Assembly: GCA_036172245.1 (NCBI GenBank)
Contig: JAYWIR010000030.1
Span: 1,240,001 to 1,304,000 of the forward strand
Length of the DNA stretch: 64,000 nt
Direction of reading: 5' to 3'
DNA from: Raillietiella orientalis
Taxonomy: Eukaryota
The position numbers and the translations under genes were made by a program. Of this stretch, positions 35,993 to 50,190 are shown piece after piece. How positions within the stretch are numbered: the first letter of the stretch is position 1; each line of letters starts with the position of its first letter. The notes beneath the pieces are model-generated. The model did not search any database. It had not been told where the DNA came from and saw nothing but the letters and a program-made list of their open reading frames with translations.

Positions 35993-38416
35993 TACTCCGA
36001 TAGCGGATCTCCAAGTAAGCAGGGAGTCATGACACTTCTAATTAGGAAACCTTTAGCGAAAATGAGTTTGTGAGGTTACGAGACTCGTTTCCACGGGTAG
36101 GTGAGGGATGTGATGCGGAGTCTGCGTGTGCGTGTGAGGGAAGGTGGGGAGACAATGCTCTCGTATCTCACCGAAAGGATGACTCGAACCTTTTAACTCT
36201 CAGGTACATCTCTACCAGTTGAGGGATCCAATGCGCAAGCACTCCGCTTGGTCCACGGTGCGGTTCTCCGCGTCCCGGCAGACGAGCTGACGTGCATTCG
36301 ATTCCGGCAGCGGGCCCACCAGCAGGAAACCCGGAATTTCCCAGCGTGTTTTGCCCGGCTCGACACTCGGAACATGTTTCAGTGTGGCGACTGCATCGTC
36401 GGGCTGACTAGTCTTTGATGTAGGAACCAGCGTTGGCAAAGCAACCAGGGAGGAAAAAAAAAAAAAAACGAAGACTTCTTGCAAAGGGTTCCTAATGAAC
36501 CGAGGATTCATTTTCCTCTCGGAATTGAGTTTGGAGTGGACCAGATGGAAGAGAAAAGGAAACTTTGGGATGCAGCTCAAGGCAAGCATGAATTTGGATA
36601 CTCAGACAGCTAAGAGCGATCCGCGTGGGACGCCAGCGTGTTTGAGGATAGACATATTTAAGCAGAGCATGTTTAAGGATCTTATTTAAGTGAATACGGG
36701 ATGGAAGCCCATCGTGTATTTTTCATTATTTGATGGACGGAGGGAAGGTTTTCTCCCTGGAAGCTCCCGTTTGGGCTGAAAACATTTTCGGTGCTTTCTA
36801 TTGGTGCTTGGCTTCAGTTGCCTCTGGGGGAAGCTTTGGGTTCCTGGTGAGCGAATCTTTCCTCCAGACCAGTGAGTTTCATGCCGACGGAGGCATTAAA
36901 AAAGAATGAACGAAGGGGAAGAATACAAAAACGGCAGCTTATTATTATTAAGGTGAAATTTCGTGCGAGAACTCCGAATCGCGGAAGAGGGCCGAGCAGG
37001 GAGCCTGCAATCCTATCCAGCTCGAAACGCGGATGCAAAACTCCACATGCGCAAACTCCCAGCCTCATAGAACGCCGTCCAATTAACCGTTCCATGAAAG
37101 TTTTCGGGACCCGCTTTCTCACTGCACAGGTCTGGACCAGGGTTCAGAGGAACTCGTTACTAATCACCTCTGTTTGATCTTAAAAAGAGGTGATTAGGGC
37201 GATTCAATAGCATTCTTTACGGTGAACGTTTGCTGCCGCCATTCGTCATTATTGGCTTCCTCGAAGGAGTTTCCAGCATCCTGGTTTTTGATTCCGGAAT
37301 CATGGCAACCACCGAAGGATATGTTCCGTAGGCGGAATTTCTTTCAGAAGGTCGCAGGTGCCCCATTGCGGACTCTGAGGTTCAAGACACTCCATTCCTC
37401 ATCACAAAAGAAAGACAAAAATTGAAAAATTTAGCAGCTTGCCTCTGGAGGCTGAAATCGAAAGCTTGCAAGAAGTCAGAACAGCTTCCGATTTCTCTAA
37501 GGAAAGTGGAATACGCAAAGGATGCTGGAAGAATCAACTCTCGCGGCTAAATCTCAAGCAATTCTCAGATGTGCGCAGGCAGAGGAGCTCGGATTTTCGA
37601 TTCCGCCCTCGCGAACCCAGGAGTGCTCTCGGGCAAATGCACTCGAATCACGGCAGAGCGTGGACAGAAGCAAGCAAGAGAAGTGCTTCATGCTGAGATC
37701 TCTTCGCACATCTTCCTGCTCCTTCGGCTAGCTCAGCGCAGCAGACAGGTCACGCAAACCTTGTCAGACCGAAGCTCTCAATTCGTCCGTTAGCAGTCAA
37801 AGCATGAAAGCACGAGTTTTGCTCTGCGAGCGCCACGAAAGTGCGGGTAACTGAAACGCCTGTGTGCCTTCACTGTGCTGCTAACAGACAGCCAATACCC
37901 AGAGGCCTCTCTCTGAACGATCTGTGGTTGATTTTCGGTGGATGCGGCAACTTCTTTCCACTCCTTAGGTGCTTCAAGGAGGTCCCTCATCGCTGGGGAG
38001 GGTCATCTCTTCTCACTAAGCAGGGAACATGCATTTTCAAAACAAAGAAACTTTCGGCCTCTGAAGAAGAAATGGCTTGCGTTCAATGAGGCCATCACTC
38101 ACGACTTGGAACTGTCGAGATTACAAAGAGATCGGCGCGTGTGGTCTGTGGACACATGCGTCATCAATCCGCTAGCCGGAAATGTTGTGCGGCTGGATTT
38201 GAACAAGGCAGTTCGTCGTGACATTTGCTGCAGCATGTATGGGACAGATTGGGAGCTTCTCCGTGCCCTCAGGACAAGCAATGACAGCAGCCAACCGGCA
38301 GGGTGGGAGTTCCGCTGCGACACCGCTGGAGTCGAAGAACTCTTGGTTGGCTGCAAGACGGCGCCACTCCTTGTTCCTGGATGGAAGGATTCCTTCAGTG
38401 GAGCGACCTGCTCGGT

Positions 38417-40070
38417 TTATCACCCAGTCATGCTGAGTTGTTTACTACAAGAACATACATATGTAGATAAACATACATGTGTGGGGCCATCGGCCCCACA
38501 TTATCCGAAAATGCTGGGAACCTGCCGAGTAACCGGCACGCAGGCCGGCGAGGTTCGCCTCGGCAGCGGAGGGGAAGGGGGCAAACAAAAAGAAAAATAA
38601 AACAAAAAAATATATGCAAAAAATTGGAAGGGTTAGGGAAAGGATCATTGGGAGCTGGAGGGCGTCCTCTGCATCCTTTCCAGGATGCCGGCAAGTTCAT
38701 CCGAGTGTGTTCCAGGTGGGACCATCTTGCTACCGTCCTCATGAAGCGCAGGGCGCAGCAGATGGCGCCGTCCTCCTCTCGCGCCCTAGCTCCAGGCCGC
38801 CACGATCCTGCGTAGGCAGCAACAAAGAGCTGATAGGGATGCGGCAGGAGAAAGGATATGGCGCACGAAGAGGCGCTTCATCACATCCCTGGGATTGTCC
38901 GTCGATGCACCAAGGCCCGTTGCGTAACGCAACCACTGGGACCGGAGGGCAACACAGTCTACAAGCAGGTGAGGGAGCTGGGATTCCCGTTCACGGCTCA
39001 GGCAACAGTTGGGGCCCACAGCCCCCCAGGATCCAGTGGGATCAGCGGGCGTTGCACGGGAGACTCCAGTGCAACATCAGAGGTGCCGACTCTTGCCACT
39101 TCAGGGGGAGGACCCGGTTGTTCTTCAGCGCTGGGGACCTCTCGAGGTCTTCCTGTAGCAGCTCACCCCAGCGCATTAATCCCTTCGGTGGGACGCTTGA
39201 GCTCACAGCGTTCGTGAGCTGGCCTGTGGTTTCCTCGTCTTCTGACTGATTTCGCAACTGGCCTCCCATTCGTCCAGCTGGTTACTGCCCAGGTGCTCCC
39301 AGAGGGAAGGCAGTGCCACGGCTAGGGAGGTTCTTTGAGCCCACGCACACGTGGTGGGCTGCACAATGACGTCCTGTAGCGAGCCGTTGCTGTAGAAGGA
39401 GTGAAGTAGTCGCTGTCGCATCTCCGTGCTCGATTCGTTGTTCTTGACCCATGTGAGAACAGCTTACTGCAGCCAGGCACTACCATTCGCAGGCCGGCAG
39501 AAGATCCAGTTGTTGGTTCCGGTCAGTTTGACCACTCGCCGGAGCTCCAGTCAGCAGCTGGACACGTTACGTCTACGCCGCCACGCCAGGAACGAAGACA
39601 GTCCCGCGTAGCCAGTAGCTGGCTTGACCAGGAATTGTGCAAGCTCCACCAGTTGGTTTTCCACATCCTCGCCACTAGGGCAGGCGTCCTCTACTGAAGG
39701 CTCCAGAGTTAAGAGGCCGAGACCTCCGTCGCGACGAGGAGCGCACAAGTCCTTCAGGCGAACTCGGGACTCCTTGCGCCCCACCGAGAGATTCTGAGGA
39801 GGTCCGCCGTCCGCCTTTTGATGCTACTCTGTGGGAGGCCAATAAAGAGCAGAGAATGAAAAAAGGGGATCACAAACATGTTCCACACCGCGGCCCGTTC
39901 CTGCAAAAGAAACTTACCATCTTGGAACGGGGTGATAGCCGACTCTGCTTTCTGGAGGCAGCTGGACCACGCCTCCTCAGGAGAATAGTCCCCCAATGGT
40001 ACACCGAGGTACTTAAAGTACCGAACCGTGGAGATCCACAATAGGATCAAGTCCAGTTTCCCTGCCCTCG
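38417..40070 (-). mobile_element. Tx1-like family Y, divergent 5'-truncated copy B
   Basis: 'RYFKYLGVPLG', 'ERAAVWNMFV', 'LCAPRRDGGLGL', CCHC-like 'CCLSRERESQLPHLLVDC', and a 3' UTR homologous to copies A and C. Confidence 0.85.
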
Positions 40071-40199
40071 AACGGACAGTTACCCGCTATTTGGTGTGCT
40101 CCCATGAAGAACTCGTGGTCCCTCACTTGTGTGTAGAGACTGTTCTCGATCCGGCGGAAATAGGATGTTATGCTGTTTCGGTACTGGAGACTTCAGCTC

Positions 40200-42900
40200 A
40201 ATCAGCTCAGACACCTGGTTTACGGAGGTTACCCTGGTTTACCTGGTCATTCCCAAAGAGTTTGAGGGCAGTGCTGACTGCAGTATCCTCGGTGACATGT
40301 GTCTGAGACTCGCTTCGGTGTTCTGCCACCTGGAGGGCACCGCTTCTGATTTGCTGCGGTGCTTCTATTTGCGCAAGGAGGGTTTACGGCAGACGCCGTG
40401 GTTTCACACCCGGATGCACCGGGGCGTCTATTTCTCTTGCAGGAGTCAATGGAGCCGAAAGGCTCACCGATGCCAATTATTACATTAGGAAAAAAGGGAC
40501 AGCCAGCGAGGCCCATCACGTCCACAAAAGGAAAGAGGGATAAAACAAAACTAGAACAAAAAGAGACAAACTATAACAAACAATAAAAACTAGCAAAAAA
40601 AAAAGATTAGATGGGGGGAAGGGAAGGGATCACATTTCGTGATGAGTGAGGTCTCCTCATCCGTTGAAGGATGAGGCGAACCCTTCCTTCTTCCTTTCCA
40701 GGTAGGGCCACCTCAAAGCTATCCGCAGGAATCGGATGGCGTGCAGGACCCTTCCTCCCCCGTCATTCCGTCTTCTTTCGGCATCGCACTTCGCCGCGGC
40801 GACCTCGCGCAAGCAGCACAGCGCTGCGATTGCGTCTGCGGAAGTCATGGCGTTTCTCACGAAGAGGGGCCTCAAAGAGTCTCTGGGATCGTCCATGGGG
40901 TCAAGAAGGGGCGCAGAGAAACATTTCCACGAGCCCCGGAGGGCGATGCACTGCATCATGAGGGGGGGAGGGGGGAATGTTTCCTCCTCCCCACACCTGG
41001 AACAGTGCCGTGATGCGCTTCCCCTCGTCCAGTGGTGCCGATGCGCATTGCACGGGAGACCCCAGTGCAGTATCAGCAGCGCCGCTTGCTGCCATTTAAG
41101 GGCATCAGCTTCCTGTATATAAACACGGGGGGCACTTCCAACTCTTCGGACTGAATGGAGAAGAGTTCGCCCCAACGTTCCAGTCCTTTGCAGACGGTTC
41201 TTGTTCTTGCCGCGTCAGCCAACCGACACGTAGTCCAGACACCGATTAGCTTCCTGCAGGCTATCTCTCAGGAAACCTCCCATTTCGCCGGTAGGAAGGT
41301 ATTATGTATCTCAATAGCGGAGGACACCGCTGTGGCGAAGGGGGTGGTTGCTGAGTAGGCCAACATAGTCGTCTCACTACCCAACGCCTCAAGTGTTCTT
41401 TCGCTGTTCTTCTGAAACTCTCGGCAGCGGGTAACTTCCGACGAAGCCCGGGTGGGCTGGACCCACGTCCTTACTTTCTCCTACCGCCACGCCGAAGTAT
41501 TTGCAGGGCGGCAGCGGATCCACGTGTTCGCTCTCACCAGAGCAGCGACACACCGGAGAGGGAAGTCGCAAGATGGGAGCCGCCGGTGGTGACACGCAAA
41601 GAGGGTTGCGAGTCCTTCGCCACCGACAGGCAGCTGGGAGAGCAAACCTGAAGGGGCGCACTAATGAGTGGCCCAGTTCTGTGCCACGAAGGCCAGTCTT
41701 CAGAAGTTCAGTTGAACTTACATGAGTTCCAAAGTCAGGAATCCAAGTCCTCCGTCGCGACGAGGAGCGCACAAGTCTTTAATCGGACTCGGGACCTCTC
41801 ATTGCCCCCTCAGCTTTTTAAAGGAGGTCCTTCGTCCCTTTCACCATAACGGGAAAGGCAGGGCAAACAAAAAGCATGGGTGCATGGGCACAAAGGTGTT
41901 CCAAATGACGGCCCGTTCCGGCAACCGGAGGTTGCCTTCTTCGAACGTGCCGAGCGCCGACTCCACCTTCTGGAGGCAACGGGACCACACTTCCGTAGGG
42001 GAAACGTCCCTCAACAGCACGCCGAGGCACTTGAAGTACCGAACCGTGGGGATTCTTAAACGGACCCAGTCCGACTGCCCAGCCCAAGTTGCGCCGACCG
42101 GACACACGCTTGACTTCTCCCTGTTCACCTCCATGCCTGTTCCTCTGCTTAGTATCTCGAAGAATTCCTCGAGTGCGTTTGCCGGGGCAGACATGGGGAG
42201 CAGCAGCAAGAGGTCATCTGCACAGGCCGAACGGCCAGTATACCGGGGCATGAGCTCGGCAAGAAAGCCAGAGTATCCCTGTACTCCCTCAGCACCAACT
42301 CGAAGTAGGGGCTGAAGAGCAAGGGACTCAGGCTGACTCCCTGCCTCATGCCGCGCCGCACAGGAATGCCGCACACGTGCCTGCCGCTGAAAAAAATGTC
42401 ACCGCCACGGAGCGCCAGCTGGAGCGCAGATAGGCCAGGAATACGGTCGGGAATTCCAAGCATTCCAGGAGCTCCAGGAAGAGCTTTTGGTCGACGCAGT
42501 CGAATGCTTTGCGCAGATCAACCGCGATAGCAAGGGCTCCCGATGCATCCATCGACAGAGGGCCTCCTTGTCACTGGGTCTTGAGGAATCGAGGATTTCC
42601 CAGGCCTGCTGTGTCATCCCGTTGTAGCAACGCGAGCCGGCTCCGCTCGAGGAACAGATTGGCTTCCACAGATCTGCCAGGAGGGGAGCTGTGATCGGAA
42701 CAATCTGCTGTATCCGCGCCATGGTGACAGCCTACCATGTATTGGAGTCACGTTCGCGGCGAAGGAAGGTCACCAGCATGGCAGCAACCATCAGCATGGT
42801 GGCCTCATCTGCCAGAAGAAGTTTCCAAAAAGGTCGCCACTGTCCAGAGCCGCCTCTAAAAGGAAAGGAGCATCTTCAACCAAAGACTCCTGTCCTGACC
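40200..42900 (-). mobile_element. Tx1-like LINE copy D with the most complete RT (frameshifted)
   Basis: 'VDLRKAFDCVD', 'RRGMRQGVSLSPLLF', 'ACADDLLL', 'VNREKS', 'YFKCLGV' and zinc-finger-like 'CSRCGEEET...C': L1/Tx1-type ORF2. Confidence 0.9.
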
Positions 42901-43899
42901 CTTCCATCTTTTTTTTTATTTATTTATTGCCCTTCCCTCCTCTCTACTTCTTGGAAGCCTACCGCGTGCCGATGGTTATCCCGAATGAACTTGTTATTTT
43001 TGTCATTTCTCGTTTTTGAGGTTTTTTTCCCCCCTAATTCTTTGTAGTTTGTTTGTTTGTTTTTTCAAAATAAAGGCTCAGGCACAACCGGGTGCGGACC
43101 CTTCAACGTTTGGTAGCGAATTCATGAGCCAGGGATTACTGATGATGAGTTTTGCCGGTCACCTCTAGTCCTTTTCACGCTTGGCCCTCGAGTATTGAAA
43201 ACGTCTTCACGGAAACGAGGACGGCTGGCAACAGCTACAGAGATGTCTTCCAAGTTCGTCTCATCAAAATCTTCAGCATTGCAGAGGATCATCCGAAATC
43301 ATGGCAGCCCTTTGAGAGAAAAGATAGGAAGGATGCATTCCCTAGTGGCTGCCATAATTCTCGAAAATCCTTTGGGTTTCTCTCTCAAGGCCTCTCGTCC
43401 TTACTTGTCGATGGTCGCAATTTCCCTCTTTAATGTTTGTTTCCTTGTCATCTGATAGAGGAGACCGGAAGGCGAAGCCGGAGCGCTAGAGAACGCCCTT
43501 ACTGCTCAAGGTACAGCTCAGTGTCGAGGCTTACATTTCCGAATCCTGTTTACCTGAAATCATCATCAAGTTATCCTTTTCCTCACTCTGGCGCATTGCT
43601 CCAAGCGGTGTACGTTGGAAGTCATTTGCCCATTGGCTAATCTGAGAGCATTTCTTTCGTGCAGTCTCACGATGATGGAAGATAGCCTATTTCCGCCCCT
43701 AAGTCTTTCCCGCTCTTCAAGGCAGCTTTCCACGGTCGATTCCTTAGACACGTCCTCCTCTGAGAATGTTCCTGCAAGAGCATAGCTAGGCAGGCTCTTG
43801 CGGAAGCATTTTCTCTTCTTCCGGTGCCCTGAGATTTTCGCCTGTGGGAGGGCTGCCGGACTGGACCTGCTTCTCGGCAAACGCTAGCTCCCGACGTTC

Positions 43900-44865
43900 T
43901 CTGACCGATGCTCGGAGATCACCTCTACCGATCCGATGTAAGTGATTGCGAATGGCCACCAGCCATGCACGAAGAGGGCTTTTCCCCGTGGTCCATTATC
44001 TTCACACAAAACGGCGATCCCGAAAAACAAAACAGACGTTCGTTTTGTTTTCCTCTGGTTCGTGGGATGTTGAGCTATTGGAATCGACTGATACGGACAG
44101 CCGCAGGAGGACTTCCCGGAGATGGACTGAACTCTTCTTCCAGCAAATCTCCATAACGCGGTTTCTTTTTCTTCCGGGCTTTCTTCTGTTTTTGGTCCAC
44201 CACGTGCTAAAGAACCGTTCATCTCCTCAGGGGGAGGTCACGAAGCTCTTTAACTCTGTCTGCGTCACTCGAGGGTGGGTATGACCCTTCAAATTATGGG
44301 GGATGGCCCCGGAGGGACCATTCTATGAATCCAGGAGGCTCCGTTACTCTTGCGCTTGGTCCGGAAACTCCAAACGAAACCTCTCCCTTATTCTCTCCGG
44401 AAGGACCCCCTAAGGGGAGGGCAGCTCTTCCATTCTTCTCCAAAGGGAACCCGGAAAAGATCCGCACCTCGTTTCCTCTGAAGAGGACCCCGAGGGGAGC
44501 TGTGTGCTTCTGATGCTCTGAAGATACAATCCCTTGAGGAGGGAGCATCAGCCAGCTCCATGGCACGCGATGAAGGGACCACTCCAGTGAGGGGGGACGG
44601 CTCCATTTTCACAACTGGAGGGGTAACTCCTGAGGGAATCGGTGCTCCTGGAAGGAGTACGGAGAGTAGACGTCCAATCCCGGCCAGTCAACGAGGGCTT
44701 CCACCAGTGCCTCACCCAACGCCTACAGGGCAACCAGCGTCATCCTGCGGGAGGAACTGGGAACCCACATCGCATTTGTCTCGGGGCCGATCCTCCTCGT
44801 GAGGGATTCGGACCTGCGATGCTGCCGATTGGTGAAACGGGAGGAGGCCGAAGCCACGCGGGAGC
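43900..44865 (+). mobile_element. Repeat X, uninterrupted (empty-site) copy preceded by a Tx1 pre-RT fragment
   Basis: 'SIIFTQNGDPEKQNRRS' (LI.K.GD...NWRP-like), then a T-rich tract and the motif at 44204-44227 (3 mismatches). The block runs directly through ccagtgcctcaccc (44704-44717) into the reverse complement of the tRNA-like segment (B-box at 44804-44814). Confidence 0.8.
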
Positions 44866-47800
44866 CGGCGCGAGCCTCGGCTTTTCCGGAGACCTCTTTG
44901 AGCCGGCGTTCGCTGGAGCGAGGCAGGCGAGTTGTGATCTTTCGTCGTCGTTGTTGTTGTTTTTTTCCTGCCCTCGTGAGTCTCTCGACCAGTTAGAGCG
45001 TTTGCTCCCTAGGAAGAGTGCTTGATCCCTACAAGTTTATGAGGATGGATTTAGCGGCAACCCATCGACGGTTTCCTTCTACTACTGCCCTTTTTTTTTT
45101 TTTTGCTCGTAAGAATGAGAATGAAAGTTGAAATGGAAGCCTCATGGAGAAGCGTGTTCCGGCGGGGATAGGTGGGAGCATCAAAATGCAACGGGAGGAG
45201 AAGATCAATTCGAGCATTCATTGGCAACGACTTTGGTTCCGACGGAGGCACGAGGATACCCACAGGAACCTGAGAAAAGGGTTCTGGAGAGTATGGGTTT
45301 CCGCATCCTGGGAACATCCTCGGGGGAAGGAGCTCGAGAGTGCGAATCTTGCGATCCGAGGGGGAGGAGGCATCAACGCAGCTCATGAAGCTGCCCCCGG
45401 CTGGGGTGCCCCGGCTAGCGCCCTCCGTTCTCGAAGAATTTAGAATTCCTGGCTCACGTCAGCCGAAAGCTGGGCATCCTGAACGTGGGGCAGGGTGCAG
45501 CAGTGGAGGGAGCGGTTGCCCGGGGGCAGTTCTTGTGGAGCGTCTGCGCACCCGGGCGCAACCGACCAAGTGCGAGACTACCGCGTCGCGCCGTGGAGGA
45601 GACCGACTCTGTGCCACCCGCCCCCACCACCGACCGTCTCTTCCGCTTAGCAGCTTCCGTCGCGCTTCTTTCCAGGATCGATTTCTATCCCAGTATGCAC
45701 AGAACTGTTACTTAGGAGAGGAAGCTATGCGCGGATCTGAACTGCGCGACAAAGACAAGCAAGCATTCATCAGACCGGTTACGTCACGCTTGCGTCTTCG
45801 AAATGCCCATTCGGGACTTCATACAGGGATAATCCGTAGCGTGTGATGACGCTCTTCCCGTCTTCTTGAGGACCTCACTTGCAGTGGACTGGAATCAGGG
45901 AAAAGGAGGCGCAAAGAGGGCACTTGGAGAGTACGCGACAATCCTTGAGGAAGAGCGGATTGAAGAGGAGGAAGAGTTTGAGCGCGGCAGTGATGAGAAG
46001 AACCAAGGTAGACCAGAACTCCATTTACTTAACAGTAATCGAAAAATGTGTCCAAGAATCGCTCGGTATCAAGATGGCGAAGTGCCTGATTCAGTCTAAG
46101 GCAGCGGAAGGAGCCCACACGCTCCCGTAGGAACGTGGCCGCCCCCGGATGCACGTGCGTGCTGAGGGGAGGGGAAGGAATGATCGGCATGGGAAATCAC
46201 GAAGCTGCTGCAAAGCACAACTGCGGAAGCCAACTCAGTAGGCGACAGACGTCAGCGTGGAGATCTGAGCATTAGGTCCACAATGGACAGTTGCACTCCA
46301 GGACTGGCCTCTTGGCTTTGGAGAAGAGCTTTGGACTGAGGGCGAGCTACTACGTTTCCAGGATTCCACTAGCAGGAAAAGGCGACTTTCCTCAAAGATG
46401 CATGTTCAAGTATGAACCCCAGATTAGAAGGGAGACGAAGGAATGTGCAATGGTCTCCTTGCAACTCACCACTGCCTAAGACTAAGCGAATCGACTGTAG
46501 CTAGGATGCCAGATTAGGGATCACAGAAGGGGAACTGTGAAAAGCTACATGGCAGTGCAAATATGGTGGTGTTCTGAGATGTGTTTGTGAATCTCCTCGA
46601 GCCAGCAACTAGAAGAAAACTCTTCGAGTGCATGCAGAGACTGCTTGTGCCTTCGTGAGGCAAAGGGGTCTTCCCGGCGGCCCTATGCCCTGAATAGAAG
46701 GCAGCTGGCTTTCTCTTGGGGTTTCACTCCCACTCCAGCAGCCAGAAGATCTGCAGACGCGCCATCTTTATTTCTGGTCACTGGAAGCGCCACTCTGCTC
46801 CATTCGGATAAATAGGTCACGACTACTGAGATCAGCGACTCCGAGACTAGCCTGCAGAATTCTTTTCTTGGGAACTTTGCTTACTGCCCGAGATCTAAAG
46901 GAAACATCCAGGAGGCAGAGCTGATGCTCGAATCGCACCCCTTTCCCTATCCTGCGATTGCATTGATCTTCGGGAAGCTTCCGTGGCTTTCATCCGAGAG
47001 AATATGGCATGGGTTTATGCATGCGACGATCTGCATGGTCATCTTGCGTGTACGTCGAAGACCCCAATGTAGGCTTGGCGATTCGATCTCACCTCATCAG
47101 ATTTAAAATTCACCGATGGGGATTAAGGATTAATTATAGGAGATTAAGAGATCTTGGAATTCATCCTGGCTACATAAGGAAGTGATCTGGAGAGGTTCAT
47201 TCTGGAAATAGGTTTGGGTTGCTGATTACCTTTCACTCGAAGGCAAGACCGGGGGCGAGAATTGCTCTCCAGAATCCCAATGTCTTGCATTTCTCAACAA
47301 ATTGCTTTAAGACTCCATGCAGGAAGAGACTGGGATGCACGTGGTTTCTCCAGCCTTCTGATGACAAATTCCCATCATCCAGAATTCATCTGGCCCCTCC
47401 AAACTGTTCGGTAAGTTTTCACGTGACCGTGCAGCACTGCATGAGATCGCTTTCAGAGTCCCCGCCACTGCCTCTTTTCACTCTGTGTTCCTTGATTTTC
47501 AATTGTTCCTCCAGAAAGGGATGAACGAGAATGACAGATCCTCATATTCTTTAACCCTGGCTTCTGTGCTAGCAGCCGGAACTTTCTCTCCGACCAAAGA
47601 CAGATTTATGTGTTCACAGATGACTCTGACACGCACTGAATTGAATACGTGTCTATCTTTTTTTTTGTGTGTGTGATCATGCACTTTCGATCTCCATTAC
47701 GATTAGAATCTTCGCTCTAATTAACTTTCTCTGAAACTGCAGCAGTCCCCAAACCCATTAAAACTCCTGCCATTCATTCCGTTCTCTTTTCAGCCACTTC

Positions 47801-48372
47801 AACGTTCTTTATCCTCATCTGCTTTGAAATCTCACTACTCTCCTCGAGCTCAAAGAAAACATAAAAGGTCCCAGAGAACTGAAGAAACAGTCCGCGAAAT
47901 CATCTTATGCAAATTTTTCCGATGAAAAATTCGGAATATTATGGTTGCTGTAACCATCAAAGGAGCCATCAGCCGTGTTTCCCTGGGCCTTCCCATGAAT
48001 GCAGGTCATCATTGCATGTTGCGAGTGGGACAAATTATCCGGGCAAGTTGGCAAACTGCGTTTTTCTCACAGTTTCCTCCTGGCAGCGTGGACGAAAATC
48101 CCAAACCTCGCAGCCAACGGGTACCAAGACGCGATTGGGCTTCCCGTTTCCTCCTGGGGAGGGTGCTTCGGTAAATTATGGACTGCATTCGTTCCCAAAC
48201 TTATTTTGGCTGCTGGAATCTGAACCCGGCGATTCCCTCTCGGATGAGACAGTCCCTTAATCTTAAAAAAAACAAATACCGGAATGGCGAACGCTTCCGT
48301 GCTTTCCCTTGCATCGGAATGATCGGGTCACGCAAACTACAGGAACTCTCTGCTCTTCCCTGAGGATTTGAT

Positions 48373-48538
48373 CGCCCGTGTTGAGCGGCTGCGGTTGGTC
48401 TCCGCGCGTGGCAGCAAGCGTTGCGGGTTCAAATCCCCACGTGAAGGATCGACGCCGGAGAAAATAGGGGTGCGTCGTGGCTTTCCAGTCCATCCCTCAG
48501 GATGACGATGGGTTGGTCCCGTTAGGGTGCAGCACCAG
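48373..48538 (+). repeat. tRNA-like terminal segment of repeat X, locus C
   Basis: B-box GGTTCAAATCC at 48426-48436; aligns with 23606-23756. Confidence 0.7.
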
Positions 48539-50190
48539 TTGACACCCGGTCACCTCAAGGAGTTTATTTATAAAAAATAAACGTCTGTGACAGGACGTTT
48601 GATCCTGCCACGTTGCTTATAACTATGGGAAGGAACCTGCCGGGAACTGTCACGCAGGCCAGCGGGGTTCGCCTAGGCAGCACAGGGAAACGGGAGACAA
48701 ACAACAAGAAAAAAAATAAAACAAAAAACATACAGTCAAAAAAATGGACGGAGTTCGGGAAGGGATCACTGTGTGCTGGAAAGCGTCCTCTGCATCCTTG
48801 TAAGGATGCCGGCTGTTTTATGGTTCCCAGATCTTGACGCTGTTCTCATAAAGAGGACAGCCAAATAGATGGCGTCCCTGTCGTTCTGACCCCCTCTGGC
48901 GTTGCTCCATGCAGCGACGGTCCCGCCGCGTAGGCAGCAAAGTGTTGCTAAGGATGCCTTCTGCCGACGTTAGGGTGCCGCGCAGGAAGAGACACTTCGA
49001 AACGTCTCTGGCATCGCCGCCTGGGGTTCCAAGGGTCGCAGCAAAGCGTTCCCAAGGGGGATGAAGGGCAACGCAGTGCACTAGGAAGTGCGGGAGGGAT
49101 TCCCTCTCCTTGCACCTGGCACAGTTCGGGTCCACCCCTCCCCACCGTGTTCAGTGATGCCGACGGGCGTTGCACGGGAGGCCCAGAGAGTGCAGCAGCA
49201 TGAATGCCGACTCCTGCCACTTTAAGGGGTGGGTGCGGGTGGCTCATGAGAACCGGGGGCCACTGCAGGTCTTCGTCCGGAATACGCAGTAGCACGCCCA
49301 GAGCAAAAGTCCACGAAGTCGACCAATCAGGGTCGCAGCGTCGTTGAGCTGACCCGTCGTCCACCCGCCCAGTCTTTTTCTCCTTCCAAAGATTTCCACA
49401 GCAACCTCCCCCCATCTAACCGTAAGGCTGCTGTCCAAGTGTTTCCTAAGGAAGGGCAGCGCGGCGGCGAGGGAGATTCTGCTTGCCCACGCACTCTTGG
49501 CGGGATATTCCAGGATTTCCCGGAGCGTGCAGTTGTTGCGCGCGTATAGAAAACGTCGCGCCTATTCCGCGCTTGGCTCCTGGATGCCCGTCCACGTGCT
49601 CACGGTTCCCTGCGACCAGGCACTACCGTTCGCGGGGCGGCACGAGATCCACCCGTTTTTCCTGTCCAGAGTGGCCACCTACCCTAGGTGCAGTCCGTTA
49701 TGGATGAGACTGCATGGACGGCGCGCAAGGAAGGACACGAGTCCCACGCTGCCGGTGGACGAGAAGACGTGCAGGTTGGCACCAGGTGGTGCTCCACAAC
49801 GTGCCACGAAAGGCAGTGTTCTAAACTGGGCCTGCAGTGCTTTCTGAAGACGGCTGGACCAGGCTTCTGAGGAGCAGAAGTCCCCCGACAGACCGGTACC
49901 TTAAGCACCGGTCTGTGGGGATCCCCAGGAGAATCCAGTCCGGCCACCCAGACCACACCACACCAACGAGAACCACGGACGACTTCGTCCTGTTCACCAG
50001 CAGGCCCGTCCCTCGTCGGAGCAACTCGAAGAAGCCTTTGAGTGCGCATGCCGGCGTGGACATGGGGAGCAGCAGCAGAAGATCGTCCGCATATGCTGAA
50101 CGGCAGGAGTGCCAGGACACACGCGCAGGTAGGAGTCAAAGTCTCCCTGTAGGCTCTCAGCACCAATTCGAAATAGGTGCTAAAGAGCAG
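48539..50190 (-). mobile_element. Tx1-like family Y, 5'-truncated copy C with a decayed 14-bp TSD
   Basis: 'PLLFSTYFELVL', 'SAYADDLLL' and 'CARCKERESLPHFLVHC'. Flanked by GGGTGCAGCACCAG (48525-48538) and GGGTGCGGCACTGG (50191-50204). Confidence 0.88.

Noticed and set aside
38518..38570. HDV-like ribozyme in the Y 3' UTR
   Set aside because: The nested pairing order is reminiscent, but P4 and the catalytic J4/2 strand are absent. Kept only as a structured element.
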